NCBI GenBank assembly: GCA_013416795.1
Contig: RQSC01000907.1
Span: 69,144-133,143 of the forward strand
Direction of reading: 5' to 3'
DNA: 64,000 nucleotides
Source: Prasinococcaceae sp. CCMP 1430
Lineage: Eukaryota > Plantae > Prasinodermophyta
Under the pieces are notes generated by a model that made no database searches, was not told the DNA's origin, and worked only from the letters and a program-made list of their open reading frames with translations. Shown in pieces: positions 1 to 12,000 of this stretch. The position numbers and the translations under genes were made by a program. The first letter of the stretch is position 1; every line of letters starts with the position of its first letter.

Positions 1-208
1 CTGTGCTGTCGAGCCTGTTGAGCAAGTGCTCGCGCAATAAGTAACTTGTCGTTGCGGTTCTCAGGTCGATGACTTGCACGAGAGAGCGCTACGCGCGGAG
101 CACGCATGCCGACGATGAACTGTGCAGGCCGTCGGAAAGGATCCCAAGGACCTTGCGCGTCGGCCAGCAGGTGAGGTCGATTGGCTTGTCCCGCTTGGTG
201 AAGAGGTG
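1..208 (-). mobile_element. Fragment of non-LTR retrotransposon, C-terminal part of the restriction-like endonuclease (RLE) region
   Basis: The reverse complement of 91..208 aligns without gaps to 762..879 (18 mismatches in 118 nt by manual count). It reads HLFTKRDKPIDLTCWPTRKVLGILSDGLHSSSSACVLRA* versus HLFTNRVTQADPSRWPTGKVFRVLADGLHSSSSACVLRA in the plus-strand copy. Confidence 0.7.
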
Positions 209-332
209 CTGCAAAGGGTGCGATTACAGTGCAAGGAGACGCAAGCGCAAGGTTGCGTAGCGCGCGTGTGTAAGCCACCCCCTCGCTTGGCAGTTCTTCA
301 CCCCTCGTATTGTAATCGCACCCTTTGCAGCA
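207..332. repeat. 126-bp segment bounded by perfect 22-bp inverted repeats (TGCTGCAAAGGGTGCGATTACA ... TGTAATCGCACCCTTTGCAGCA)
   Basis: 207..228 is the exact reverse complement of 311..332. The same 22-mer recurs at 1015..1036, and 207..270 matches the reverse complement of 973..1036 at 60/64 nt. Confidence 0.9.
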
Positions 333-1036
333 CTTCACCCGCCCCGACACAGCTGGCGCAGCCCTGTACGAGGCCCTGCAATCCATGCATCAAGAACGAG
401 CTCCTCACCCTCTCGTCGCACCGGCTACCACGTGCACACCAACGGCCCCAGCTCCACCAACTCGTTCGAGTACTCGTTCGGTACTGACGAAAATGGCCAG
501 CCCACTGACCTGCGCTCGGACCTAGTCATCACCGACACCGACACAGGCTACAGACACTGCCTCGACGTCACCTTCACGGATCCGTCAGCCAAGGTCAACA
601 TGGCAGGCGCGAACCCGTCCACGGCGGCAGGCCTGGAGCACCTCTACAAGGTCCACGTCCAGCGCTACGCGAAGATCTGCGAGCACCACCGCATCCAGTT
701 CCACACGCTAGCGTTCGACACCCTGGGCCGTGCACACAGGTCCACCAGGGGGGACATCCGCCACCTCTTCACCAACCGGGTCACGCAGGCGGACCCAAGC
801 CGCTGGCCGACGGGCAAGGTCTTTCGGGTCCTTGCCGACGGCCTGCACAGTTCATCGTCGGCATGCGTTCTCCGCGCGTGCGGCGTGCACACACACGACC
901 GCCCCAGGCGCCGCTCTCGCGGCAGCGCTGCGGGCGGATAGCTAGCTTTCACTCATGCCCTTACTTCTTAGACACACGCGCGCTACGCAACCTCGCGCTT
1001 GCGTCTTCTCGTACTGTAATCGCACCCTTTGCAGCA
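333..1036 (+). mobile_element. 5'-truncated non-LTR retrotransposon (CRE/R2-like): RLE endonuclease region plus putative 3' UTR
   Basis: ORF 432..941 has the RLE pattern R-x-D (DLRSDLVI), LDVT (HCLDVTFTDP), K...Y (YKVHVQRYAKIC) and F-x-x-LAFDTLG. It is preceded in another frame by TRPDTAGAALYEALQSMH, which resembles the RHD..v...L segment that follows the CCHC knuckle, so a frameshift is implied. The segment ends in TGTAA-N15-CA at 1015..1036. Confidence 0.7.
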
Positions 1037-1324
1037 GATCCGCGGGACCTTGTCGCCATCGCAGACCGTCTCGACATTGTCGATGATGGAGAGGATCATG
1101 GCTTCGGGGTCCAGCTTGCGGATCTCGGTGACGTACTGCATCAGTGGCTCGCGAGAGACCAGGCAGTGCAGGAGGGACCCGAAGGCGCATCCTTGGGTGG
1201 CGCCGCGAGACGAGATGACCCGTTCGTTGCTGGCGCTGCCAGCGACGAAGAACGACGTCGGGCCGCCGTACAGGAGGCGCACGTAAGGCAAGAGCTCCGG
1301 CATGTCACGCTTGACCGCAGGCAA
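1037..1324 (-). mobile_element. Degenerate reverse transcriptase fragment of a non-LTR retrotransposon
   Basis: MPELLPYVRLLYG...SSRGATQGCAFGSLLHCL...ILSIIDN matches the non-LTR RT motifs GxxQG(D)xxxPxLF and a decayed YxDD. It is truncated at both ends and abuts the 22-nt terminus at 1036. Confidence 0.7.
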
Positions 1325-1431
1325 AGGGCGTGCAAAGCGATTGCCATGGCTGTTCGGCCTTGTGGCTGTGGCAGCTCGCTCGATGCCACTTTGGACCTAC
1401 GTACGCACACGCACAACGCAATGATCACTTA

Positions 1432-4400
1432 CTACATGGCCATTGCGCCATCTTCCACTTCGCAGAGCCAGCTCGAGCCGAGCTCCTGGGCGAGCACATC
1501 GCGGGACTTAGCGTTCCCGCTGCTCGCCGCATGCAGCGCCCTGAGCAGCAGGGGCTTGAGCGCCGGATCCGAGAAGAAGGGAAACGGGACGTTGCATAGC
1601 TTGGTGAGGATGGTGGGCGCCCGTCCCCACGTGAGCACCGCCTGGTTCTTAGGCGAGCCGCGTGCGAAGAAGGAAATGAGCACAATGACCTCCTCGAGGA
1701 GCTCCGCGACAATGCCGCCCTGCCGCATGCCGGGCGCCGCGGGACGCGACGTCCACGCGGCCGTACAGAAGCTCAGTAGGAAGCTCACCAGGTGGAAGAG
1801 CTCCATGCGCATGTCAGTCGAGCCTAGCAGCTGCTGCACCATGCAGTGGTCCCTCCGAGCGGCAGAGTTCAAGATGCGCATCACGGTTGTGGCAACTGGT
1901 ACAAAATTCGGAGGTAGCTTGTCCGCGTCAGCCGCAGCTGCGCCGAGCCCGGGAGCGGCGTGCAGAAGCGTTGCAGTGAGCAGGCTAGGCAGCCCACCGA
2001 GGTGCGTGTCGCCCAGCGCGCGCAGCACCGGTGCGGTGGAGCTCGTGTCGAGATGCGCATTTTCTTTGGATGCGCGGCACGGGGCCGAGCCGCACAGCGT
2101 CCCCAGCAGTCGCAAGCCCCACTCGATCGCCGAGGGAACCGGAGAGCCCTCCTCCTGCGGTCGTTCCCACACGGCGAAAAGTTCACGCAGGCGATGGACG
2201 ATGCCAAAGGACACCACGTAGTTCACCAGTGAGTTATGAACGGCGCGCGCGGGGTCCTGGCCCTCCTCGTCGGAGGACCTGCTCGACGCCTCTGCTGCGC
2301 GCGGCGCGCGAGCGAGAACGCTGTCCGATAGAGCGAGGAGGGCCTCGAGGAGTGTAGGATCTGCGTTGTTGTTGACCTTCTGCGTCGTTGGACACTCGGG
2401 CCCAGACGTTGAGCTCGACGACCTCGCGGTTGACGATGAGCGCGCGCGAATAGCCACCGGGTCGCTTCTCCTCGGCCTACACTCGACGTATGCGGCGCCA
2501 CCCTCGCACGTCGCGTCCAGTTCTGACGCCAACAAAGGTGCGATCGGAAGAAAGATGTGCTTCGCGCGGACATACGCAGCATTCTCTGGTATGCCTAAGC
2601 AGAGCACCGCTGCCTCAGCTGTGATCGCTGCTGCTCCAGCAGACCCGTCGGAGTCATCCAGGTCGCGAGCGCGCGCCCCACTCGCGGGCGCAACGGCAGC
2701 GAGAGCTGTGAATGCGGCCTCGAGGGCTCCGCATCGCCGGACAAGGTGAAGCTCATTCTCTGCGGCAGTCCTTAGCGCCGCGATGCGTCCGGGAGGCAAT
2801 TTGGATTCGCTCGACGAGCCTACCCTCTGGAACGACAGCGCTGCTGGCAGGCATCGTACGAGCTCCCTCGCGGCAGCCGTCACGGCGAAATAGTTTGCCT
2901 GCGTGGCGTTGGAGCATGTCGCCGCCGCGCGCTGCAACTCCGCCGCCGCCTTCTGGAGGCGCACCTTTGCGCCGCCGGCCGCCGCTGCGGCTGCATCTGC
3001 TGCGGGTGGTTCTACCCACGCGCATGGGATTTTCACCATGCGTTGCCTGATGCGCTTCGCCTTCTTTTTGCGCTCCTCCCTGAGACGTTTCGCAGCAGCG
3101 TCGGTGTCCTCCTCCGCCGGCTGTGCCTCGAGCGAGCACGGCGCATCGTCGAAGGGCCCCACCGCGCCACCTGTCGGCGTCGTGGGCGCCTGGCCCGACT
3201 CGGGGGTGCATGCCTCGGCGTGCTGGTGGATGAGTTCGAGGTTCTTGCGCCGCCTCCGTGTGGCCTCGGCACGCCGCGCCGCGAGCATTCGGTCGATGCG
3301 CGCCATCTCGTCCGCCGGACGGGCGGCCTGCGCAGCAGCTACTCGCCGCTCCTTAATCACTCTCACCTCCGCCGCCAGTGCAAGCATTGCACGATGCTCG
3401 TCCGCGGCCTTGGCCGCAGCCTCCTCCTTCTTTGCTTTCTTGGCTGCAAGCTTCGCCTTGCGCCCCTCTTCGAGCGCCTGCCTCTTTATCGCAGCAGCCT
3501 CAATCCTTTGGCGTGCCTCCTCCTCCCTGGATCGCCTAGCTTCCTCGCGTCTGGCTTCCGCCTTTTCCAGTTTCTGCTGGAGTGACAAACGCTTGCTGTC
3601 CACCTCCAAGGACCGCATGGAAACCACCTCGCTCACCTTCTTGGAAACCTCCCCGGCCTTCCTAGCAAGCTCCGCCAGATGCTGCTCGTGGCGCCTCTTG
3701 GCTGACGACTCCCGATGGTCAAGCTGTGCCTTGAGCCTGGATCGACGCACCTCCTGCCATTTCTCCGCCTGCCTGTGCCTGTCCGCCAATTTCGCCAGCC
3801 GAGCGCGGCGCTCGAGGTCGAGACGCTCGCGTGCCTCGCTCGCGCGTGCCTGCTTCGCAGCCGCCGCAGCTGCAGCTTCTGTCGGTGACTTCTTCTTTCG
3901 CTCGGGGCTCATCAGCTTGTCGTGGAGCGATTTGACACGCGACAAGCCCGAGGGCGTGGTCACGGCACTATCGAAGGCCACTCTGGGCGTGACGACCTCG
4001 CTCGGCTGTCTCACCCGCTTCTTCAAGGCATCGCCTGGGCGCTCGATGGGTGCCGGGGTGAGCCGTCTCTCAGGCGATGCGCCCCCACTGCTCTTCGCGC
4101 TGCCGTTGCCTGAGCTGCTGCCAGGTGAAGAGCCACTGGAGCCCCCGCGCACAATCTTGCCCTGCTCCTTGGGAAATATGGTCCCCCAGTTTTTCTTCAC
4201 CTTCCACGCCGCCGCGCCCAAGTCGGACGCGCTCTTTCCACATCCGTGCGTGTCGTCTGGGCCGACTGCGCCCGGCGTGTTCGATGAGTTCGTGCGATTC
4301 TTGAGCGCTTCGTCCCCGCCGGGCACGCACGCCTCGGAGTGAGCGGCGCTGGCAACTGCCTTTGTCAGGCCAGACCTGCCCGGCGTGGGGGTGTCGCCGT

Positions 4401-5467
4401 CCGGGAGGCTTCCAAGCTCGAGTTTTCTGTTTGTCTTGCGGGCTGATGGTGGGTGCGCCACGCGCTTCGTGGGTGTCGGAGTCAGCATCGCGTCCTCGGC
4501 CTGTGTTTGCTGCCTGCTGCCGTCAGCCTTTTCTGATGGCGCAGCAGCGCTCCCTGCAACAAGAGGTGCGGAGCCGACGCTCCCTGCCTCGCCGCAAGCC
4601 ACAACGTTGCGCCCGAAGAGTGGTGCTACCTTCGGCGCAGCGAGGGATGCCAGTATCTCTCCCGGGTTGAAATCTCCGCTCGCCAGCCCTTCCCTGGGCA
4701 GCGCTGCCAGCGCGCTGGCCATGACAAGCTCCGTCGACCTTCGCGGCCTGACTTCCCACGCGACGCTCGCACCGGTCTCAGTCGCTTTCTCCTGCTGCTC
4801 GTGGCGACGCATAAGCCCGCGGAAATCGTCCGCCGCCTCGGACAGCAGCGTTGTCACACGCCGCAGCTTCTCCTGCGAACTGTCCACCTCTGCATGCGAC
4901 GCGCATTGATGCGTCAGTCAGCACGAGCGCTCCACTGATCAGTTCCTGCGCGCGTTGCTGCGCAGGGCGCGGCGCGTGCACATCGCACGCACCGCACAGG
5001 CAGTAGAGCTCGTCCACTGAGCGGTTGAGCGACTCGAGCAGATAGCGGAACAGCTGCCGCCGGAACGAGTCGGGGTTGCCACCCTCGCAGCCAGGCGTCG
5101 ACGGCGTCGGCGGCGTCAACGCGCCGTCCACGCGCCCGGCTGCAGAACGCACGGACGGCGGTTCGCCTGCCGCAGCATCAATACCGGCGGGACGGAGACG
5201 CTCGCCTGCGCCAGCCCGCGCGACACCGGGCGCGCCCTCCAGCTCCTCCTCCTCCCCCTCCCCCTCCCCCTCCTCCTCCTCCTGCTGCTGCTGCTGCCGC
5301 TGCTGCAACTGCCGCCGCTGTTGAAGCTGCTGCGGCTGCTGCCGCTGGTGCTGTTCCGCGCTGCGCGGGTCAGGCGCGGGTTTGTGCGCAGACCTCGGCG
5401 AGGCCGCCGCTCTACCCCCTTCGTCTTCGTCGTCGTCGCTCCACATCCCCAGGGACGACGAGGCCAT
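1432..5467 (-). CDS. SCAPER: SCAPER-like protein (S-phase cyclin A-associated protein in the ER)
   Basis: Model: exons 5467..4993 and 4889..1432, with intron 4992..4890 (GT...CAG and a CTGAC branch point). SCAPER motifs are present: N-terminal LLESLNRSVDELYCLCE...DFRGL, SVAWEV, LHDKLMSPERKK, a long coiled coil, KKKAKRIRQRM, and C-terminal GRAPTILTKLCNVPFPFFSDP. The N-terminus has polyQ and polyE tracts. Confidence 0.85.
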
Positions 5468-6054
5468 GGCCGCGGACGCCACAGGAGGCCGCGCGCACAC
5501 GGCGCGCGCTGTGGCAGTGCCCGCTCGCATCCGCGTGCGCGCGTGTGTTTTTGAATATCGCTCCGGTGACGCAGGTCTCAATCAAAGCACTTTTTGTTTG
5601 CTATGCATTTTTGCAAAATTTGGCATGCTTTGCAAACCCTCTTCGAGGGATTCAATCCCAAAGTTCGAGCTCGGTCCGACCCTCAGCATTTCCGTGCGCT
5701 CTTTTTCTTGCGCGCCGCGCGGCGCACGCGGCGCCACAGCGGAGTGCGCGAGGGCGGTGTCGCTCGGCGCACCGCCCGACCCTGGCGGCGTGCCAGGGCA
5801 GGCCGGGGCCGGACGGACCCCGGCAGAGAGGGAGGAGCGTGCGGGGAGAGGCGCCGCCGGCGCACCACGCACCACGCGCCGCCGCCGCGCGCCGTGCGCC
5901 GCGCACAGTGGGTGGCAAAAAAGAGGGGAGGCAGACTTCCTCGTCCGTCTCCCTCGGGTGGGCGTGTTCTCCCGCGTGCCAGCGTGCGGCGGAGCTGACA
6001 CCCGCGGCCGCCTAGGCCAGAAGGACCGCCTGGGGTCTTTAGGCCGCGCGCGAA

Positions 6055-9000
6055 ATGGCGGGCTCGCCAGAGTATGTCGAGCTCACTGGCTCGAGCGACG
6101 ATAGCGACGGCAATGCAGCGGACGCGCAGGGTGGGCGCGTGGCGCGCATGGCTCTCACGCCGCCGCCGCGCGGACAGAAGCCCACAGGATCCGAGCATGC
6201 CCCCGAGGGCCTTGGCAATGCGCAGAGGGGAGGCAAGGACACTCCCCCGCTTGTAGTATGTTCAGACACCCCCCCATCCCCCGACATCGACGGCCAACAG
6301 GAGGATGCGCCGGCCCTTATGGTGCAGCTGAGCGACGGGGGGCGCAGCAGGGATGCTTCGGGCAGCGACGCGAGCGGCAGCGGGAGTAGGCGCGCGTCAG
6401 ATGACGATGACGCCGCTGCCAGCGGTGACGGCCACCTTGCCACTGCGCGAGCGCAGATGGCGCTCGCGCTCGCGCGGCAGCGCTCTCCGGGGCAAGTGCG
6501 CCGCAAGCGCACCAGGGCAGTGCCAGTGTTTCCGCAGGACGCATTCGAGACGGTCGGCGAGGGCCTCCTGCGCTTCCCATGGATGGTGTATCCGAAGCAC
6601 CTCGCCACCTGCCTCATTGCAGCTGCGAAAGTTGCCAGGCGCGAACGAGGGAGGGTGATGAGGGGCCGACTCGAGGGCGAGGAACCGCCGCCGCCACAGC
6701 GGACCGACGCGAGCGGCAATCTAGAGGGCATCCCGGCCGCCCTGAGGCGACTCTGCATCGATTTGGCACCCGACTCATTCGAAAAGTGCTTTGACGACAG
6801 CGCGCTCAAAAACTGGGACGACAATATCCAGTGCAACATATTGGAGGCTGCTATCGGGCTTGGAGAGCTCGTTGTCGCTCGGCTCGCTCTCCATTCTGCG
6901 AGAAACGAGGCCATCGAGGACGAGGAAGGTGGCGAGGTGCCGCCTTGGTCCGCGCCTGACGAAGGCGAAGACCTTGCAGCTCTTCTTGGTGCCCTTGCGC
7001 GCACGTTCGACGTGGGCAGCCTCTTTCACCGGCACCATCGTCATGACCCCACCTTTCCAGGCGCGGCATCGCTGGCCGCGCAGGACGCTGTGTACCGCTC
7101 TGCCGAAATATCTGCCGCGGTCGGTATCGTGCGAGGTGCTGGCAATCCTGGCACTCCTTACGAAGGTGGCATTGGGTGCTTTGCCAGACCCGCTGCGGCG
7201 GGCGGGCCAGGAAGCCTTGTGCGGATGCGCAGCCGGACTGCATCGGGTCTGGAGGGTAGCGGAACAAGGTTGTTCTCCCCATCGAAACGACCTCAGGTCG
7301 GGGATGTGGGTTCCTTGGGGCTCTCAAGCGATGAGGAGGACAGCTACGAGGAGGACAGCCTAGGGGGTGCATCAATGGGCAAAGTTGGCCGCCCATTGGC
7401 CGAGAATACCATGGCAGCGCACCTTGTGGAAGTATTTTGTAGCTGCGGGGGGCTGAAGCTCATCGTGGAGTGGCTAGACCAACTCCCACCTGTACAGGAG
7501 CTCGAGCCACTTTTGCACGTGCTGGCGTCCGCCTCTTCCCTGTGGACCGACGCTGCGGTGCACTCATTCGACGCCCAGTGCTTCAAAGTCCTCGAGCGTG
7601 TCATGCACGCGTTCACCGAAATAATGGACGCAGAGGGCCCGGCGGATAGCGCTGACGGCGACAGTCTCTTCGTGGCCTCTCTTGCGGACGCAAACGACGG
7701 CTCCCTCGCAACTGTCAGCCAGGCACTCGAGCACCTCGAACGCATCATCGCACTGAGCGTTGGTGAAAAGAATGCAGGGGCGCAGGTGGCCCGTGTGCGC
7801 TGTGGGTTGGTAGAGATGCTGCTCGCTGGCGCGCCATCGTTTCGCAAGCAGCTCACCGCTGTTCGCGAGCTGTCGAAGCTTCTCGGGCGCGTGAGCGCGC
7901 TCAATGTTGTGGAGAGCGGCCCTGCGAGCGAGCACGCGCAGGGCGCGAGCGTGCCCAGCGTCCTCGAATGGCTAGAGAGCAAAGGTGTTCTCAAAACGAT
8001 TCTGCGGTCCAACTTTCACCATAGGCAATACGTGGAGCAGGTGGCCAATGTGATGCTTTTCCTAGTTCAGGAGGGTGCACTTCGTGAGGAACACCTCGCG
8101 GACATTTGGGGCGTAGTCGAGGACCCTGAGCAGCACGACTCGGTGAAGACGACCACGCTTGGACTGCTTACCACACTGGCATGGCATTTCAACACCGCCC
8201 AGCTCGACGCGCTCTTCGCACGCTTCGAGAGCATCCTTGTCCGCGGCGATTCTCGCAGCGCGCTGCGCGCAGTCGACGCTATGGAGGCGCTGGTGGGTGA
8301 CCGTGACAGCTCGGGCCTCATGACGGATCGCGTTGTCGAGCTGCTGTGGCGCGCTCTCGTCGGCAACGGCCAGCACTGTGGTACATCCGATGACGACGTT
8401 GCCGCTGCGCTCATCGACGCGCTTTCTGGTGCTACGCTCAAGGCGGGGCAGCCGTCCAAAGACACGAGCGGCGTGGTTAGCATTCACACCTGCGGCGTCC
8501 GAGAGAAGCTGATCAATAGAGCTGTTGCCGTGCTGGCTCGACCGGGAGCAACGGCACGTTGCCTTGGCCTCCTGCGCGCGCTACTGCGCCTGTATCCGTC
8601 CTCAATAGCGTGCTCTGGGTCGGTGGTGAACCTGCAGGCATTCGAGGACACGCGCGCAGAGCGGCTACAGGTCTTACAAGAGAACCTGCAGCTGACGGAG
8701 CGCCTGGTTGACCTGGTGTGCAGGCGGCCTCTGACCGGCGGAGTGGAGACGCGGGACTGCGAGTTGCTTCTTGAGTTTTTGGACTTCGTCCTCACCTCTG
8801 CTGACGGCAGGATCCTACTCTCGGAAGAATGCACTTCACGCCTTTGGGATGTGCTTGTCGGTGATGGTGCCGCTGGCCCGCTGGCGGACTATGGGCTGCA
8901 ATGGGTATCAAAGCTACTGAAGGGCAAACCACTGCTCGATGCCTCCGCGCTGCGTGCTCTCTTACGTGCACTTGAGGGGCTGCGTTCTTCTGCGTTGGCG

Positions 9001-12000
9001 GAGAGCGCACTGTACTGTGTGTTGGCCTCCTTTGTTTGGGCGAACGTACAAGGCTCGCAGAAGCTTCGAATGGGCGATGATATCAACCTGGTAGGTGGGG
9101 ATATGACTGAATTTGCGTCGGCAGCGGCCATCCTGACGGAGGTCAGCGGCGCGGCGTGTGGCGCACCCCCGAGCCAGGCCTCGGCGGGGCTCCCTTCACA
9201 CGACAGTCTCTCAGCAGACGACGTCGCGCTGGACGGCTTCGAGGTCGTCTGGCGTGCGGCACTGGAGGCGCCGCACACCGAACTCGTGGTGTACTGCCAA
9301 CGCCTCATCTGTCACCTGTACATGTCCGCTGCGTGCAGTGCTGCAGCCGACGACTGTTCAGGCTTCGCCGAAATCTGCGCTCGTTTTATTTCTGTGTGCA
9401 CGGGCGAGTTGCGCGGAAAGTCACCCAGCAACGACGCTGTCACAGCACTCCGCACCGAGCGTGCCCTGCAGATGCTCCGCATCTTCCTCGACATGTGTGA
9501 GCTCCAGCGATGGGAGGTACGACCGACAGCACACGGCACCTCGTTCGCGGCCCCGCCCTTTCGCGTCCAGGTGACGCACATGAACACCCCAGAGGCCTTC
9601 AGTGTGCCATCCAATGTGTCTCTGGCGCACTTCAGCGAGGCTGTACTCGCTCGCTTCAAGATTGACCGGACGGGTGTCAGGGCTGTGCTCTCTCAGCATG
9701 GGATTCGCATCGCCGGCGACGGCCTCCCGCTCTCTGCGCTCGGGGTCAATCGCGAGGCCTCCCTACAGCTAGCAGTGGAGCCTGCCCCGAGCGCACAAGA
9801 GGCCGCATGCCTGCCTGCGAGCGCTCATCCTGGGGCAATCGTGGCAGGAGATGCGAGTGTTTTCGACCTCCTGTACAACCTGGACGCATGTGGCTCTGCA
9901 TCTGTGCGCTCAAGTGCGAGTCTCCTCCTGGGACGGCTGCCCACGGATCCGCGTCTCTTGCGCGTCTGCGATGAGCTTGCGCAATCCTCCGCCAATGTCG
10001 GGGAAGACTTGTTCGGCCGTCTCTTTCGTGAAGGGGTGCCACTGTTGTACGCTTTGCAGGTGCTGCATGCCGCGCTCAGCCCTGACGCATCGCAAGATTT
10101 TGGTAGGCGAGCTCAGTTGCTGAATGCGCTCACTCGCTGCAACGCCCGGGCCAAGCTGATTGAAGTCCTCGAGACAATCGGAGGAAATGCGACTGCCGCC
10201 CATCGCGATGCCTTGCGCGTGCAGACGGCTGTTTATTCCGCAGCTAGCGTTCTAGACGTTCTCATGCACCACAGCGAGACAACGCGAGGGGATCCCAATG
10301 CCTCTGAGGAACTCCAGTGTGACCGTGACGCAGAGGATACAGCGGCAGCTCTGGCGTATTTGAGCGTGTCTAGACGACTGCCGGTCGTGACTGGAACTCC
10401 TTCGGCCACCGACGCGCTCGCATCGGTCGGTGCGGGGATCATGCACTCAGTAGAAGGCTGTGGGGAGTGCAGCGTTGTGCAGGCATTTCTGTACAAAACG
10501 TGCTTCGAGGGCGTCATGCGTCGCGCTCACGGCAGAGGCCGACTCCCAAATGTGCTGAGACAGTTGCTCGACGCTGACAAGACCGGTGAGCTCATCGCCT
10601 CGCTGCTGCTCGAAACAGAATCAGGGACGAGTCGAAGGGCCTTGACGCGCGCTCTGCATGCTGCACTCTCGCAGGAATTCAAAGATTGTGCATCGGCAAC
10701 GAAAACAGCCGGCCAAGGGACCGAGAATGTGGAGGGTGCGTCCATCGACTCGGGGGCCGAGCCGATATTGCGGCGGGAGGTGCTCGAGGTGTTGAAACTC
10801 TTGGCCCCATTTCGCCAGCAAGCTAGCGACTACAGGGTTTCATGCAATGAGTATTTCTGGCTTCTGTCCTGGGCATGCGAGAATGTCCCTTTTGAAGGCG
10901 ACGGCTCGGCGGTGGCGAGAGATGCTGGGCGGCTGCTTTGTGCCATTGCCAACGATGAGTCCAAATTCTTGATGCAAGAACCAACTGAAAATGGGGAGGA
11001 AGACGCCTATGTGAGAGGCAGGCTGCACTTGATGTCGAAGGTGTGCAAGCAACTCTATCGACGGCGCCTTCTCTCGGGCAGCCTCGCTGCGCACGCTGCC
11101 ACTCTATTGGTCGCCCGCTGGCTCTTTCCCGAGGGCCTGCTGTTGTCGCCCGAGGCGATGGAGAGCATAACTGGTGACGGCTGCGGGGGCGTGCCTGCAA
11201 CCGTGCCGGGGACGCGTCTCTGCGACCTGACCCGAGCAAATGCGTATCAGCTGCTCAGTGGCCTGTGCCAGGACTCGCCCGAGGCGCTCCGCACGACCCT
11301 CGTCTGCCTGCGTTGCGTGCATTTTCATGGTGGTGCCGACATTGTCGGCTGGGAGAAGCTGCCGGCGCAATGCTCACGATCGCACAGCACTCGTGTAGGC
11401 CTCCAAAACGCTGGCGCAACATGCTACATGAATTCTGTCATCCAACAGCTCTTCATGCAGCCGCAGGTGCGGGCGCGCGTGCAGGCTGTTCCCGAGCCCG
11501 CCTGCCATGACGAGCGCACCGAGAGCGTCCTGTACCAGTTGCAGTCTGTGTTCGGAGCGCTGCAGGGGACTTCCGCAGACTTTCACCAACCGCAGGGGTT
11601 CTGGAACGCCTTCAGGGACTACGATGGCACCCCCGTGGACCTGCGTGAGCATCAGGACGCAGTCGAATTCTTTACGCGCCTCGTGGACCAGGTTGATGAG
11701 GAGGCGCGTCGCAAGGACGGGAAGAGCGAGGGCTTCGTGCCGCCTATCTCGGGCGTGCTCGGTGGCACGTTCGCGCAGCAAGTGTTTGGCAGGACTTGCC
11801 CGCACCGCAGCGAGCGCGAGGAGCCCTTCCAAGCGATCACGCTCGAAGTGCAGGGGTTCGACTCCCTCCATGAGAGCCTCGCCGCTTACGTTCGTGGGGA
11901 GTTGCTTGAGGGTGACAATGCGTACAATTGCGACAAGTGCGGTGCGAAGGTGTCTGCACTCAAGCGCGTCTGCGTCCGACGCGCGCCGCGGACGCTCTTG

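Noticed and set aside
207-1036. 22-bp repeats as CRISPR or recombinase sites
   Set aside because: The orientation is mixed, spacing is irregular and all flanks are retroelement-derived.
863-4342. Long plus-strand ORFs 863..2221 and 2903..4342
   Set aside because: These are antisense shadows of SCAPER and the RT fragment. High GC suppresses stop codons, and they show no motifs.
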